From the IMG/VR virus record IMGVR_UViG_3300037519_000009, positions 1 to 29,349 of that record: a DNA stretch of 29,349 bases. One strand, given 5' to 3'. The DNA is from a virus (taxonomy: Duplodnaviria > Caudoviricetes). The notes under the pieces are model-generated. The model had not been told where the DNA came from and searched no databases. It worked only from the letters and a program-made list of their open reading frames with translations. Shown in pieces: positions 16,208 to 23,226 of this stretch; the first letter of the stretch is position 1, and each line of letters begins with the position of its first letter. Both the position numbers and the translations under genes were made by a program.

Positions 16208-16987
16208 TTAAAGTTGACCGATAATGGTATAGTTGTCAAGCTCCGGGTTGTCATTTCCCATAAAGAACTCTTTGTACAGTTTAATCGCCTCGTGCGCTTT
16301 GCGCTCACCTTCCGCTACAAACTCTGGGGATATGGTATAAATACCAACGTCCAAAGACGCTTTGTCTACGGCAATAAATATAAACTTATCAATCGGCACT
16401 CCGAACAACCGGGTGTAGATAAACGCCTGGAGGTCGTATCCGTATTTCTTGGCGCTGTAAGGAAACGCACGAAGGTCGGTAGTCGTTTTAAGGTCAGCAA
16501 TAAAGTTGTTACCTAAAATATCCGCCTTTGCTCTGAATGGTAACCCTTCAATAACACCAACTGCTGGAACTTCAAACTCGCAACCTTGAATATACCCAAG
16601 GACGTGTTCGTTGCGTAGTAAGGCATCTGCAATCCTTCTGGCTTCGTTGTATTCCTTTTTGGTAATGATTTGGCCGCCTTTTGCTTTTGCTTCTTTCCAA
16701 ATGTTTGTGTTTTTACTTTGTACGTCGATAATGTCGTACTCATCTACCAGGTGAGGTTCCAAGGCCATAAGGTGAACCAATCGCCCTACCGTGAAAGCAT
16801 CGGATTCGTCTTGGCCATATTTTGTAACGTAGTGGTACGTTTTGGGTGAGGAAAGAAGCAGCTTACAAGCCGAGGAAGACAAGGCGTGTTTTGCAAGGTG
16901 TCCGTAGTAAAATGAATCGTCCTTCATCTTTTCTAAGATGGTATCCCTATCCCAGGTGCTGCCATCTAATAGTTCAATTATTTTCAT
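16208..16987 (-). CDS. PD-(D/E)xK exonuclease (RecE/exonuclease VIII, DUF3799-like)
   Basis: Motifs LSSSACK.LL, GRLVH...LEP, FRAKAD, DLKTT and YDLQAFIY. Confidence 0.8.
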   Translation of the reverse strand: MKIIELLDGSTWDRDTILEKMKDDSFYYGHLAKHALSSSACKLLLSSPKTYHYVTKYGQDESDAFTVGRLVHLMALEPHLVDEYDIIDVQSKNTNIWKEAKAKGGQIITKKEYNEARRIADALLRNEHVLGYIQGCEFEVPAVGVIEGLPFRAKADILGNNFIADLKTTTDLRAFPYSAKKYGYDLQAFIYTRLFGVPIDKFIFIAVDKASLDVGIYTISPEFVAEGERKAHEAIKLYKEFFMGNDNPELDNYTIIGQL

Positions 16988-17145
16988 AGCATCTTTCTGA
17001 TTTTATCGTGTGCTGCCATACTGCCCTTGTTAAAGGCAGTATCCAGAAGCATCGATTCGTAATTAACTGCCTTGTCCATTTCCTCCTGCGGAATGTCGCT
17101 ACCGTACTGCTTGATAAGCAAGCGCATATATTCGACTATTGTCAT
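16984..17145 (-). CDS. Small hypothetical protein, 53 aa (not in ORF track)
   Basis: MTIVEYMRLLIKQYGSDIPQEEMDKAVNYESMLLDTAFNKGSMAAHDKIRKML*; ATGA-coupled to the exonuclease. Confidence 0.7.
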   Translation of the reverse strand: MTIVEYMRLLIKQYGSDIPQEEMDKAVNYESMLLDTAFNKGSMAAHDKIRKML

Positions 17146-17170
17146 AATTAAAAGTTTAGATAGTTAAAAT

Positions 17171-17473
17171 TTACCACGCAAGGTATTCGCAATGGGCTTC
17201 CGCAAGTAAGTACAAAGGAGCAATAGTAAACTCCTCTGGGAATTCTATTTCCCTTGGCTCTTGGATAAATCCACCGTAATAAGCAAGCCCGTCGGGGCCT
17301 TGCTCGTATGCGCCGTCCAACTCTAACCGCCAGTCGTAGAACTCGTCTACGTTCTTGAATCCTGCCCAAGCAGCAAACGCTTCGTGGAAAGCAATTATCG
17401 TATCGAAGTTATCCTCTGGGCCTACTCCTTGGTCTGCCGCAGCATCCATCAGGTCAACGTATGTTACTTGCAT
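17171..17473 (-). CDS. Acidic hypothetical protein (100 aa)
   Basis: Start revised to MQVTYVDL..., which overlaps the end of the upstream small ORF. Confidence 0.65.
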   Translation of the reverse strand: MQVTYVDLMDAAADQGVGPEDNFDTIIAFHEAFAAWAGFKNVDEFYDWRLELDGAYEQGPDGLAYYGGFIQEPREIEFPEEFTIAPLYLLAEAHCEYLAW

Positions 17474-17589
17474 AACAAATTCCATAAAAGTTGTGGGAAA
17501 AGAAACATAACGAAGATTGCAACGGATGCAATAGCGAACCACGCAAGCGGAACGGTTATGTCAATGATTAGGTTTTGAAGCTTGTTCAT
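17464..17589 (-). CDS. Single-TM membrane peptide, 41 aa (not in ORF track)
   Basis: MNKLQNLIIDITVPLAWFAIASVAIFVMFLFPQLLWNLLCK*, with A-rich leader AAAAACCAATCAAT. Confidence 0.65.
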   Translation of the reverse strand: MNKLQNLIIDITVPLAWFAIASVAIFVMFLFPQLLWNLLCK

Positions 17590-17629
17590 ATTGATTGGTT
17601 TTTGATTAAGCCCCCCAAAGGGGTTTAGG

Positions 17630-17827
17630 TTACAAGCGAATCTCGTGGTTGTCCCAAAAGTTTGAATTTTCTTGATAGGCGATTGGGTTTTCTAATTTTT
17701 CAATCTCTTTACAAATTATAAATGCTGACTTATTTCGTTGTTCCATTTGAAAGAACGATGTAGGCATTTCAGAATAAATTGCATCCAATTCATTCTTTAA
17801 CTGTTGTATTCTGTGTTGTGTTGTCAT
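17630..17827 (-). CDS. Early hypothetical protein (65 aa)
   Basis: Start revised to MTTQHRIQ... downstream of promoter 17857-17864; AT-richer than its flanks. Confidence 0.65.
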   Translation of the reverse strand: MTTQHRIQQLKNELDAIYSEMPTSFFQMEQRNKSAFIICKEIEKLENPIAYQENSNFWDNHEIRL

Positions 17828-17856
17828 TTTGATTTGTTTTAGGTGTTTTGTTCGTA

Positions 17857-17886
17857 CAAACATATACAAAAAAACAATACACCAAA
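17857..17886 (-). promoter_or_regulatory. Bacteroidota-type promoter (TTTG ... TATGTTTG)
   Basis: TTTG at 17886-17883 and TATGTTTG at 17864-17857. Confidence 0.7.
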
Positions 17887-17895
17887 CATTAAGAC

Positions 17896-17919
17896 AAAAA
17901 AAATAGAGCCGAAGCTCTA
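17896..17919 (-). terminator. Rho-independent terminator, cUUCGg loop
   Basis: TAGAGC-TTCG-GCTCTA-T8. Confidence 0.9.
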
Positions 17920-18057
17920 CTTTTCTTTCCATTGCTGATAGCATACAGCTACCCTTTGGTCTCGTTGAGGAAATTCTTTGGCCATTGTATTATCCGTAAC
18001 GCAACGCTGAATAAACTCCTTTTGTTTTTCTCCGGATTTTGGTTTAGGTAAAGGCAT
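17917..18057 (-). CDS. Small hypothetical protein, 46 aa (not in ORF track)
   Basis: MPLPKPKSGEKQKEFIQRCVTDNTMAKEFPQRDQRVAVCYQQWKEK*; its stop lies at the start of the terminator stem. Confidence 0.75.
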   Translation of the reverse strand: MPLPKPKSGEKQKEFIQRCVTDNTMAKEFPQRDQRVAVCYQQWKEK

Positions 18058-18436
18058 AGATTTGTTTTCCTTGGTTAGTATGAATAAACGCAATATCCTT
18101 ATCTACCCAGTTACGTCTGCCGAACTCGGTTGTTGCGGGTAGTTTCTTTATTTCCCATTGCATAGGGATTCCTGCTATTCGGAATACCCATATTCCTTTT
18201 GGGGTAGAGTTAATGTAAATCGGGTTTGTTTGGTATTTTGCGGCTCTTGCCATTAACGCATCGTACTTTAACTTTTCAATCAGCAATTCGTCGTAGTGCG
18301 TTGTTCGGCATTTCAACTCAATTTCAAAGGCGTGTTGCGCCGAGAAACAATCCCAATGCGAAAACGCCTCCTCGCTCATAGTCAAGTCGGGCAAGTAGTT
18401 CGTTTTAAGGAACTCAAATAGTTCCTTCTCCCTCAT
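18044..18436 (-). CDS. Putative PD-(D/E)xK nuclease
   Basis: WDC...IELKCR motif. Confidence 0.6.
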   Translation of the reverse strand: MREKELFEFLKTNYLPDLTMSEEAFSHWDCFSAQHAFEIELKCRTTHYDELLIEKLKYDALMARAAKYQTNPIYINSTPKGIWVFRIAGIPMQWEIKKLPATTEFGRRNWVDKDIAFIHTNQGKQIYAFT

Positions 18437-18842
18437 AGGCAGTATAAACGGAACGCAACTCCTCTACCCATTGCTTCCAAAGCTTCGGGTTGCATCCGCA
18501 AGGAACGTGGTATTGGTGGTTAAACACTCTTGCGTGGATTGTTGCTATTTCCTTGGTTTGCTCTGCCGATAAGGTGCTTTTGTATTCCTTGTAGAATTGG
18601 TCAAGCCATTTGTACTCTGGCTCCTCCAGGCATTTAGGATTCTTGCTTGGGAATAACCGGTTTAACTTTTCCTTGCGGGCTTCGCAGCCGCAGTCAACTC
18701 CGGTTGCCTCTGCAAACCAATCGACTACCGCCTTGATTCCGGTGGCTTGAGTTATCTGCTCGATTCTATCCCCTAACCCCTTTGGCTTCCGCCCACGTTT
18801 GGTACTCGCTGTCGCAGCTGGTTTTGATTCGGTCTCTGCCAT
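18414..18842 (-). CDS. Hypothetical protein with two CGC motifs (possibly metal binding)
   Basis: KGLGD...DCGCEARKEKLN and HVPCGC; overlaps the sigma gene 3' end by 77 nt. Confidence 0.75.
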   Translation of the reverse strand: MAETESKPAATASTKRGRKPKGLGDRIEQITQATGIKAVVDWFAEATGVDCGCEARKEKLNRLFPSKNPKCLEEPEYKWLDQFYKEYKSTLSAEQTKEIATIHARVFNHQYHVPCGCNPKLWKQWVEELRSVYTAYEGEGTI

Positions 18843-19302
18843 TTTTCAAAGTATTGTAAATTGAACGAAGTGAAATCTTTGTTGCCTCGGAAAGTTTACG
18901 AAGCGATACGTCCCCGTCGTGGTAAATAGTAAATAATTTGTTATCGTACCAATCCCATTTAGATACCTCGCCTTTTACAGCTTCCAAAAGTACGGTTAAT
19001 GCCTGGTCTGATTCGATATTGTAAATTTCCTCCTTATCGTCGAACTCCTCGATTGATACGAATTTGATTCTTGCTCGGTTGGTCATCTCACGGAGGTACA
19101 TATTCCGCAGGGTAATGTAAACGAAAAACGTGTTAACGTCGTCGTCTCCGTATTCAAGTTTCTCTGGGTTGTCAACGTACTGATGCAAGCGCAGGTACAT
19201 ATCTTGTACGAGGTCGTGGGCATCGTCCCGGTCAAGACCGAAGGACTTTGCCATACGCAGCCAGTCGTCGTGCCGCTTTGCTAATCGGGGTAGGATTCCC
19301 AT
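18766..19302 (-). CDS. ECF-type sigma-70-like factor
   Basis: Region 2 motifs DAHDLVQDMYLRL and FVYITLRN; region 4 HTH SLRKLSEATKISLRSIYNTL. Start revised to MGILPRL. Confidence 0.8.
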   Translation of the reverse strand: MGILPRLAKRHDDWLRMAKSFGLDRDDAHDLVQDMYLRLHQYVDNPEKLEYGDDDVNTFFVYITLRNMYLREMTNRARIKFVSIEEFDDKEEIYNIESDQALTVLLEAVKGEVSKWDWYDNKLFTIYHDGDVSLRKLSEATKISLRSIYNTLKNGRDRIKTSCDSEYQTWAEAKGVRG

Positions 19303-19433
19303 AATACTTCGACTAATATAAGGCCGAGGCAAATCTCTACACTCTGCAAGTCATAATCTTCAAATTCTGTCTTACTCCAATTAGCTCCCAGAAGTAAACC
19401 GTACAACGGATAAAAGTTAACACTAAATCCCAT
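19281..19433 (-). CDS. Small hypothetical protein, 50 aa (not in ORF track)
   Basis: MGFSVNFYPLYGLLLGANWSKTEFEDYDLQSVEICLGLILVEVLWESYPD*; fills the gap and overlaps both neighbours. Confidence 0.65.
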   Translation of the reverse strand: MGFSVNFYPLYGLLLGANWSKTEFEDYDLQSVEICLGLILVEVLWESYPD

Positions 19434-19815
19434 TTACAAATTCCTTAAGCGTTGCCAACTTGGATTCAAGTTCTTTTACCTGGTTAACCAACTTGCCATT
19501 CTGCTCAAGTAAATAATCGTAATTTACCAAACTTGTAACTATTTTCTGCTTTTGATTTTGTACCGGCTCTGGAAGCTCACCCCGCATTTCGGTTGCTATT
19601 TTTAGGGAGGAGGCGTAGAGCTGGTCTTTGGGAAAAACAATCTTTTCGTAATGGATAATTGTAGCGTGGCATTTTCCTATCTGTCTGCCCAATTCGTTTA
19701 GTGTAAAGAATGGTCGGAATGCTTGCACGTATGCTGCTCTAACTTTTACGTTACTCCAATCCCGTGCGCCGTTATCCGTGTAACCGATATTCTGGCAGAA
19801 TTTTTTGTAGGTCAT
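19423..19815 (-). CDS. DnaA domain IV-like HTH protein with a C-terminal coiled coil
   Basis: VKVRAAY...TLNELGRQIGKCHATIIHYEK resembles the DnaA C-terminal signature (L..IG..FG.RDHTTV.HA). Confidence 0.6.
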   Translation of the reverse strand: MTYKKFCQNIGYTDNGARDWSNVKVRAAYVQAFRPFFTLNELGRQIGKCHATIIHYEKIVFPKDQLYASSLKIATEMRGELPEPVQNQKQKIVTSLVNYDYLLEQNGKLVNQVKELESKLATLKEFVNGI

Positions 19816-20024
19816 CGGGTGCCGATATATTGAGCGTTGCCTCTTTGTTTCTGAATCAAGATATGGAAGTAGGGAACCTCGTAATTCTTGCCACCTTCGT
19901 CCTCAATTAAATACCACGCACTCCATTGGCTCCAGTTTACGGGTCGCCAATAATCAAGAACTAAAAACTTTTTACCATTGATTGCAAACACCTCGTTTGG
20001 CGAAAAGGGAACTGGAATAATCAT
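19812..20024 (-). CDS. Hypothetical protein (70 aa)
   Basis: ATGA-coupled on both sides. Confidence 0.7.
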   Translation of the reverse strand: MIIPVPFSPNEVFAINGKKFLVLDYWRPVNWSQWSAWYLIEDEGGKNYEVPYFHILIQKQRGNAQYIGTR

Positions 20025-20338
20025 AAGGTTAGGTTTTCTTTAATCTGTTCAAGTTCTTTTTTTAATGCGTCAATTTCGATTAGACGCTCCCGGTTTTGAA
20101 TAAGCAAGCGGGCGTTTTCAACTCTTGCCTCGTTAATACACTTGTCCAAGTGCCGCTTCATATCTACCATATCCTCCAGCATCTGCGTTGCACGCCATAC
20201 GGATAACATATAGTCGACTACGTGCTTTTCGTTTGGGTTGGCCAAGGCCATCTCGTTTAACCAACGGGTAACGTCGCTCACTTGCAGAATTTTATCCCGC
20301 ATATAAATCTCCCAAGAATCTTGACTAAAATGGGTCAT
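20021..20338 (-). CDS. Hypothetical coiled-coil protein (105 aa)
   Basis: Coupled to the helicase and to the downstream gene. Confidence 0.7.
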   Translation of the reverse strand: MTHFSQDSWEIYMRDKILQVSDVTRWLNEMALANPNEKHVVDYMLSVWRATQMLEDMVDMKRHLDKCINEARVENARLLIQNRERLIEIDALKKELEQIKENLTL

Positions 20339-21263
20339 CGCTATAAATTATTGTTTGAATAGGTGCTTGAACATCGAGCAAGTTAAGGTTATTGTATGTA
20401 AATCCAACATTGCCTTTCATTGAACGGATGCGGATAGGTTCGGACAAAGGTGTTGGTCTTCCCCCGGTTTCCATCTCTTTTGTTTTTCGTACGTGGATTT
20501 CGGTAAATACCCAGTCCGTTAAGTGCTGTGCGTATCGGTGAATGATAACAACCGAATCGGCACGGTTTCCCCATTTACCCCCTCCCTCAATATCCGAGGT
20601 CATTGGTGGGGTTGGAAGCCCTGCGTAGGTATGCCCGTTAGGATGCGTGCGCCGCATTGCTTCCGTAACTGGGTGGGTGTTAACGATTGTTGTAACGGCG
20701 TTCTTATGGGCGAAGATTCGCACGGCAGAAGCTACCTCGTAATGGTACTCGTGCATCCCAGTTTTACCAAGTTTCTTTTGGTCTGTGGTAAGCGAATTGT
20801 ACGGGTCAATTAAGCATCCGGTGTACTGCCATTCCTCGTGAATTTCCTCCATAATTCGGAGTAGGTCAAATGCGTTGTATAGATTGTTGCTGTCTATAAA
20901 ACGGAAGTGTTCATCAATGTAATCAAGGTGGCGGTACATCTTGGCCTCTGTTACGTTCTGTATTGGTTCGCAGGAAAGGAACTCGATTAACTTACGCTTC
21001 AAAGAGTGTACCTCGTTCTCCGAGGAATATACGAGCCACTTCTTATCGTAATTCATTGTTTGCATAAGCATCAAGTAAATCAGCGTATGCGTTTTGCCCA
21101 CGTTGGCGTGGCCGGTTACAACTACAAACTCGCCGTCCTTGAAACGAAGGAACTCATCAATTACCGGGTGGCCAAGTTTACCGGTGTCGTAGTATTTTCC
21201 GCCTCTTGCTCTTTCCAAGAACGGCAATACTTTATCGTTAGAAATTAGGTCAGGGTGTTTCAT
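20325..21263 (-). CDS. DnaB-like (SF4) replicative helicase, no primase domain
   Basis: Walker A GHANVGKT, SSEN, LIDPYN, HP and GGGKWGNRAD motifs. Confidence 0.85.
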   Translation of the reverse strand: MKHPDLISNDKVLPFLERARGGKYYDTGKLGHPVIDEFLRFKDGEFVVVTGHANVGKTHTLIYLMLMQTMNYDKKWLVYSSENEVHSLKRKLIEFLSCEPIQNVTEAKMYRHLDYIDEHFRFIDSNNLYNAFDLLRIMEEIHEEWQYTGCLIDPYNSLTTDQKKLGKTGMHEYHYEVASAVRIFAHKNAVTTIVNTHPVTEAMRRTHPNGHTYAGLPTPPMTSDIEGGGKWGNRADSVVIIHRYAQHLTDWVFTEIHVRKTKEMETGGRPTPLSEPIRIRSMKGNVGFTYNNLNLLDVQAPIQTIIYSDDPF

Positions 21264-21267
21264 AGGG

Positions 21268-21275
21268 CAAACGTA
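21268..21275 (-). promoter_or_regulatory. TAnnTTTG promoter, leaderless helicase mRNA
   Basis: TACGTTTG CCCT ATG(21263). Confidence 0.7.
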
Positions 21276-21306
21276 AACAAAAAATCAATACAAAAAAACA
21301 TTAGGC

Positions 21307-21332
21307 AAAAAAAAGCCCCTCCGAAGAGGGGC
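21307..21332 (-). terminator. Rho-independent terminator, cUUCGg loop
   Basis: GCCCCTC-TTCG-GAGGGGC-T8. Confidence 0.92.
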
Positions 21333-21355
21333 CGAACCAGTCGCTACTGAAACAC

Positions 21356-21784
21356 CTAAAACGGGCTGGTTTCTTCTGTACGAGCTGCAAAGTGTTCTTG
21401 GTGCGTGGCTCCGTGGGTGCCAGACATCCAAGCGTTAAACTTCTCTGCCAACTCAAAGATTTTCTCTACGGGAATTGTAGAACCTTGCGACACATAAGCT
21501 GCGGACATTTCAACAGCCGACTTCAACGCAACTTGACGAATGATAGATGCAGAGCGGTCATCATTGGCCTTCGGTGTTGAGGGTGTCCAAGCTGGACGGT
21601 CTCCACGTTGAATCTTAACGGTACCTTTCTCGTTTTTAGTGTACTCAACCTCGTCACCTACTTTGTAGGAAGGGGTTTCGCTTTTGGCGAATGCGGTTCC
21701 AAAGTCTCCGTTATCAAAACGCAGCTCTAATTTGTAGAACTCTTGCCATTGGCCGTTTGGGGTGATGCTTGTAATTTTAGGCAT
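21356..21784 (-). CDS. Putative single-stranded DNA-binding protein
   Basis: OB-fold-like beta N-terminus, SIIRQVALK helix, acidic tail ending EETSPF; located next to the helicase. Confidence 0.55.
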   Translation of the reverse strand: MPKITSITPNGQWQEFYKLELRFDNGDFGTAFAKSETPSYKVGDEVEYTKNEKGTVKIQRGDRPAWTPSTPKANDDRSASIIRQVALKSAVEMSAAYVSQGSTIPVEKIFELAEKFNAWMSGTHGATHQEHFAARTEETSPF

Positions 21785-21938
21785 TGTGTAATTCGTTTAA
21801 TAGGGTTCTTTTTAATACTTCGTTTTCTGCTTCGAGGAACTCCATCTTAGATGCCATCGCCTCGACCCGATGCTGTAAAAACTCAACCATCTGTTGAGCG
21901 GATTCTTGCGACCAGTTTGTCCGTGTTGTGTGTTCCAT
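21777..21938 (-). CDS. Small coiled-coil protein (53 aa)
   Basis: Start revised to MEHTTRT..., downstream of promoter 21966-21973. Confidence 0.65.
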   Translation of the reverse strand: MEHTTRTNWSQESAQQMVEFLQHRVEAMASKMEFLEAENEVLKRTLLNELHNA

Positions 21939-21965
21939 TGGATTAGTTTTAGGTGTTACACAAGG

Positions 21966-21973
21966 CAAACATA
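21966..21973 (-). promoter_or_regulatory. TAnnTTTG promoter
   Basis: TATGTTTG followed by a ~23-nt leader containing AACACCTAAAAC. Confidence 0.65.
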
Positions 21974-21983
21974 CGTAAAAAAA

Positions 21984-22457
21984 TTAACATACAACACCCT
22001 TACCAAAAAAAATTACTTGCCCGGTGTTTTTTTCTATTTCGTGGTTTCGGCTAATAGTAACCTTAGTTACAAAGTTAGTATTATCGTCTTGGATACCTCC
22101 CCACTTGCGTAATGCATCCAGAGCAAACTTAATCGCCATAATGCAGTTATCGTTATCGTAGCCGTAGTTATGGCGCAGGGTTGCTGTAATGGTTTGGAAT
22201 CTTGTTTTATCGTATGCTGCTAATTGAGTAAGCACCTCCTCGGTAAATTTATCCTTGGCCTTCTTTCTAACTATCCAATGCTTGGAAGCGTAGAACTGAT
22301 TAAGGGAGGGAACCTTGGATAGCGTTACACTAATCTCTATATCCGCAGCGGGCTGCAAAGGCAGGGTCGAGCTTGTGGACTTCTTTAAGGAGGGTTTGCT
22401 CCTGGGCTTTGGCGTAGGCACGGCCTTTGGCATCACAATTAGCGAAAAGAATCGCAA
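21984..22457 (-). CDS. RusA-like Holliday junction resolvase (true start probably near 22340-22360)
   Basis: PSLNQFY...HW and DNDNC...KFALDAL....IQDDN, the RusA-type D..N/DD pattern. Confidence 0.65.
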   Translation of the reverse strand: MRFFSLIVMPKAVPTPKPRSKPSLKKSTSSTLPLQPAADIEISVTLSKVPSLNQFYASKHWIVRKKAKDKFTEEVLTQLAAYDKTRFQTITATLRHNYGYDNDNCIMAIKFALDALRKWGGIQDDNTNFVTKVTISRNHEIEKNTGQVIFFGKGVVC

Positions 22458-22515
22458 CCTCCGATAGAATCAAATCTATCTGCCTCTTGACTTCTGGATT
22501 GTTGTAATACGGCAT
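22330..22515 (-). CDS. Small hypothetical protein (61 aa)
   Basis: MPYYNNPEVKRQIDLILSEVAILFANC...; overlaps the DUF3310 and RusA-like ORFs. Confidence 0.6.
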   Translation of the reverse strand: MPYYNNPEVKRQIDLILSEVAILFANCDAKGRAYAKAQEQTLLKEVHKLDPAFAARCGYRD

Positions 22516-22759
22516 AGTCTTTAAGTTGTTGGAGTTCACGTTGTAAGTGGATTATTGCTTTTGTGATATCTTGCTCGGCAGGGTTGCCGTCTTTCTTTCC
22601 GGCACGGAGCAGGTAGGCGATTGCTACGCCAAGGTTGTAATTATCGTGAGCAAAGTCCTGCACCACGTCAAACGCTTCTATTCCTTTGAACTTGCCTATA
22701 TAATACTCAGGGACGCTCGTCCCAGTACAAGAAGATTTGATGGAATCCTTGATGCTCAT
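22439..22759 (-). CDS. DUF3310-family protein
   Basis: PEYY...GIEAFDV...NLGVAIAYLLRAGKK...QDITKA..HL. Confidence 0.75.
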   Translation of the reverse strand: MSIKDSIKSSCTGTSVPEYYIGKFKGIEAFDVVQDFAHDNYNLGVAIAYLLRAGKKDGNPAEQDITKAIIHLQRELQQLKDYAVLQQSRSQEADRFDSIGGCDSFR

Positions 22760-22944
22760 TTATTAAAGTTTTTCCTTCCTTGCTCCCAGGTGTTGTATTT
22801 TCTGAGCGCTGAGGATTCGTTTTCGCTTCTTGGGTAGTCGCAGAATCCGAAGTGGTTAAGGAAGGAGTTGGTATAGTCATTCGGAATTTGTTTTAATTCC
22901 ATTGCAAGATATTTCTTGCGTCGGTCGTTTCGTTCTGTTGCCAT
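22756..22944 (-). CDS. Hypothetical protein (62 aa); first gene of the replication operon
   Basis: ATG lies 4 nt after TAGGTTTG; ATGA-coupled to DUF3310. Confidence 0.65.
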   Translation of the reverse strand: MATERNDRRKKYLAMELKQIPNDYTNSFLNHFGFCDYPRSENESSALRKYNTWEQGRKNFNK

Positions 22945-22948
22945 ATTG

Positions 22949-22956
22949 CAAACCTA
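22949..22956 (-). promoter_or_regulatory. TAnnTTTG promoter, leaderless
   Basis: TAGGTTTG CAAT ATG(22944). Confidence 0.7.
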
Positions 22957-22980
22957 AAAAAGAAAACGATAGGTCTAACC

Positions 22981-23220
22981 AATGTAGATAACTAAAAAGT
23001 TATTAACATTTGTCGGGCGTATGCGCCCAATGCTTATTTTTTACAACTTAGTTAAGTTAACTAACTATATAACTTAAATAACTAACTAAATATTTAACTA
23101 ACTAACTTAGTTAAGTAGTAAAATTAAAAATAAAATAAAATCTGCGTTTAGACGCATTTTATTAGTCAAGTGGTACAATCTATCCAATTCAGATAGATAA
23201 TGCGTTAGAACGCACCTAAA
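22981..23220. other. Putative replication origin / non-coding control region
   Basis: Largest non-coding gap. Contains inverted DnaA-box-like 9-mers (22983-22991, 23000-23008), a very AT-rich TAAC/CTTAGTTAAG repeat tract (23035-23140) and several palindromes. Confidence 0.55.
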
Positions 23221-23226
23221 GTACCT

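Noticed and set aside
17607-17626. Hairpin AAACCCC-TTTG-GGGGGCTT as a terminator
   Set aside because: No U-tract follows on the transcribed strand; it is at most a stabilising or processing stem.
17828-17944. Extended N-termini in the ORF track (starts at 17944, 435, 21968, 24477, 16308, 17542, 19332, 11029)
   Set aside because: They run through promoters, terminators or upstream genes; downstream ATGs fit the promoter spacing and gene coupling better.
23035-23140. TAAC/AACT repeat tract as a CRISPR array or DnaA-trio element
   Set aside because: There is no repeat-spacer periodicity, and the unit is 4 nt rather than the 3-nt trio. It is treated only as an AT-rich tract.
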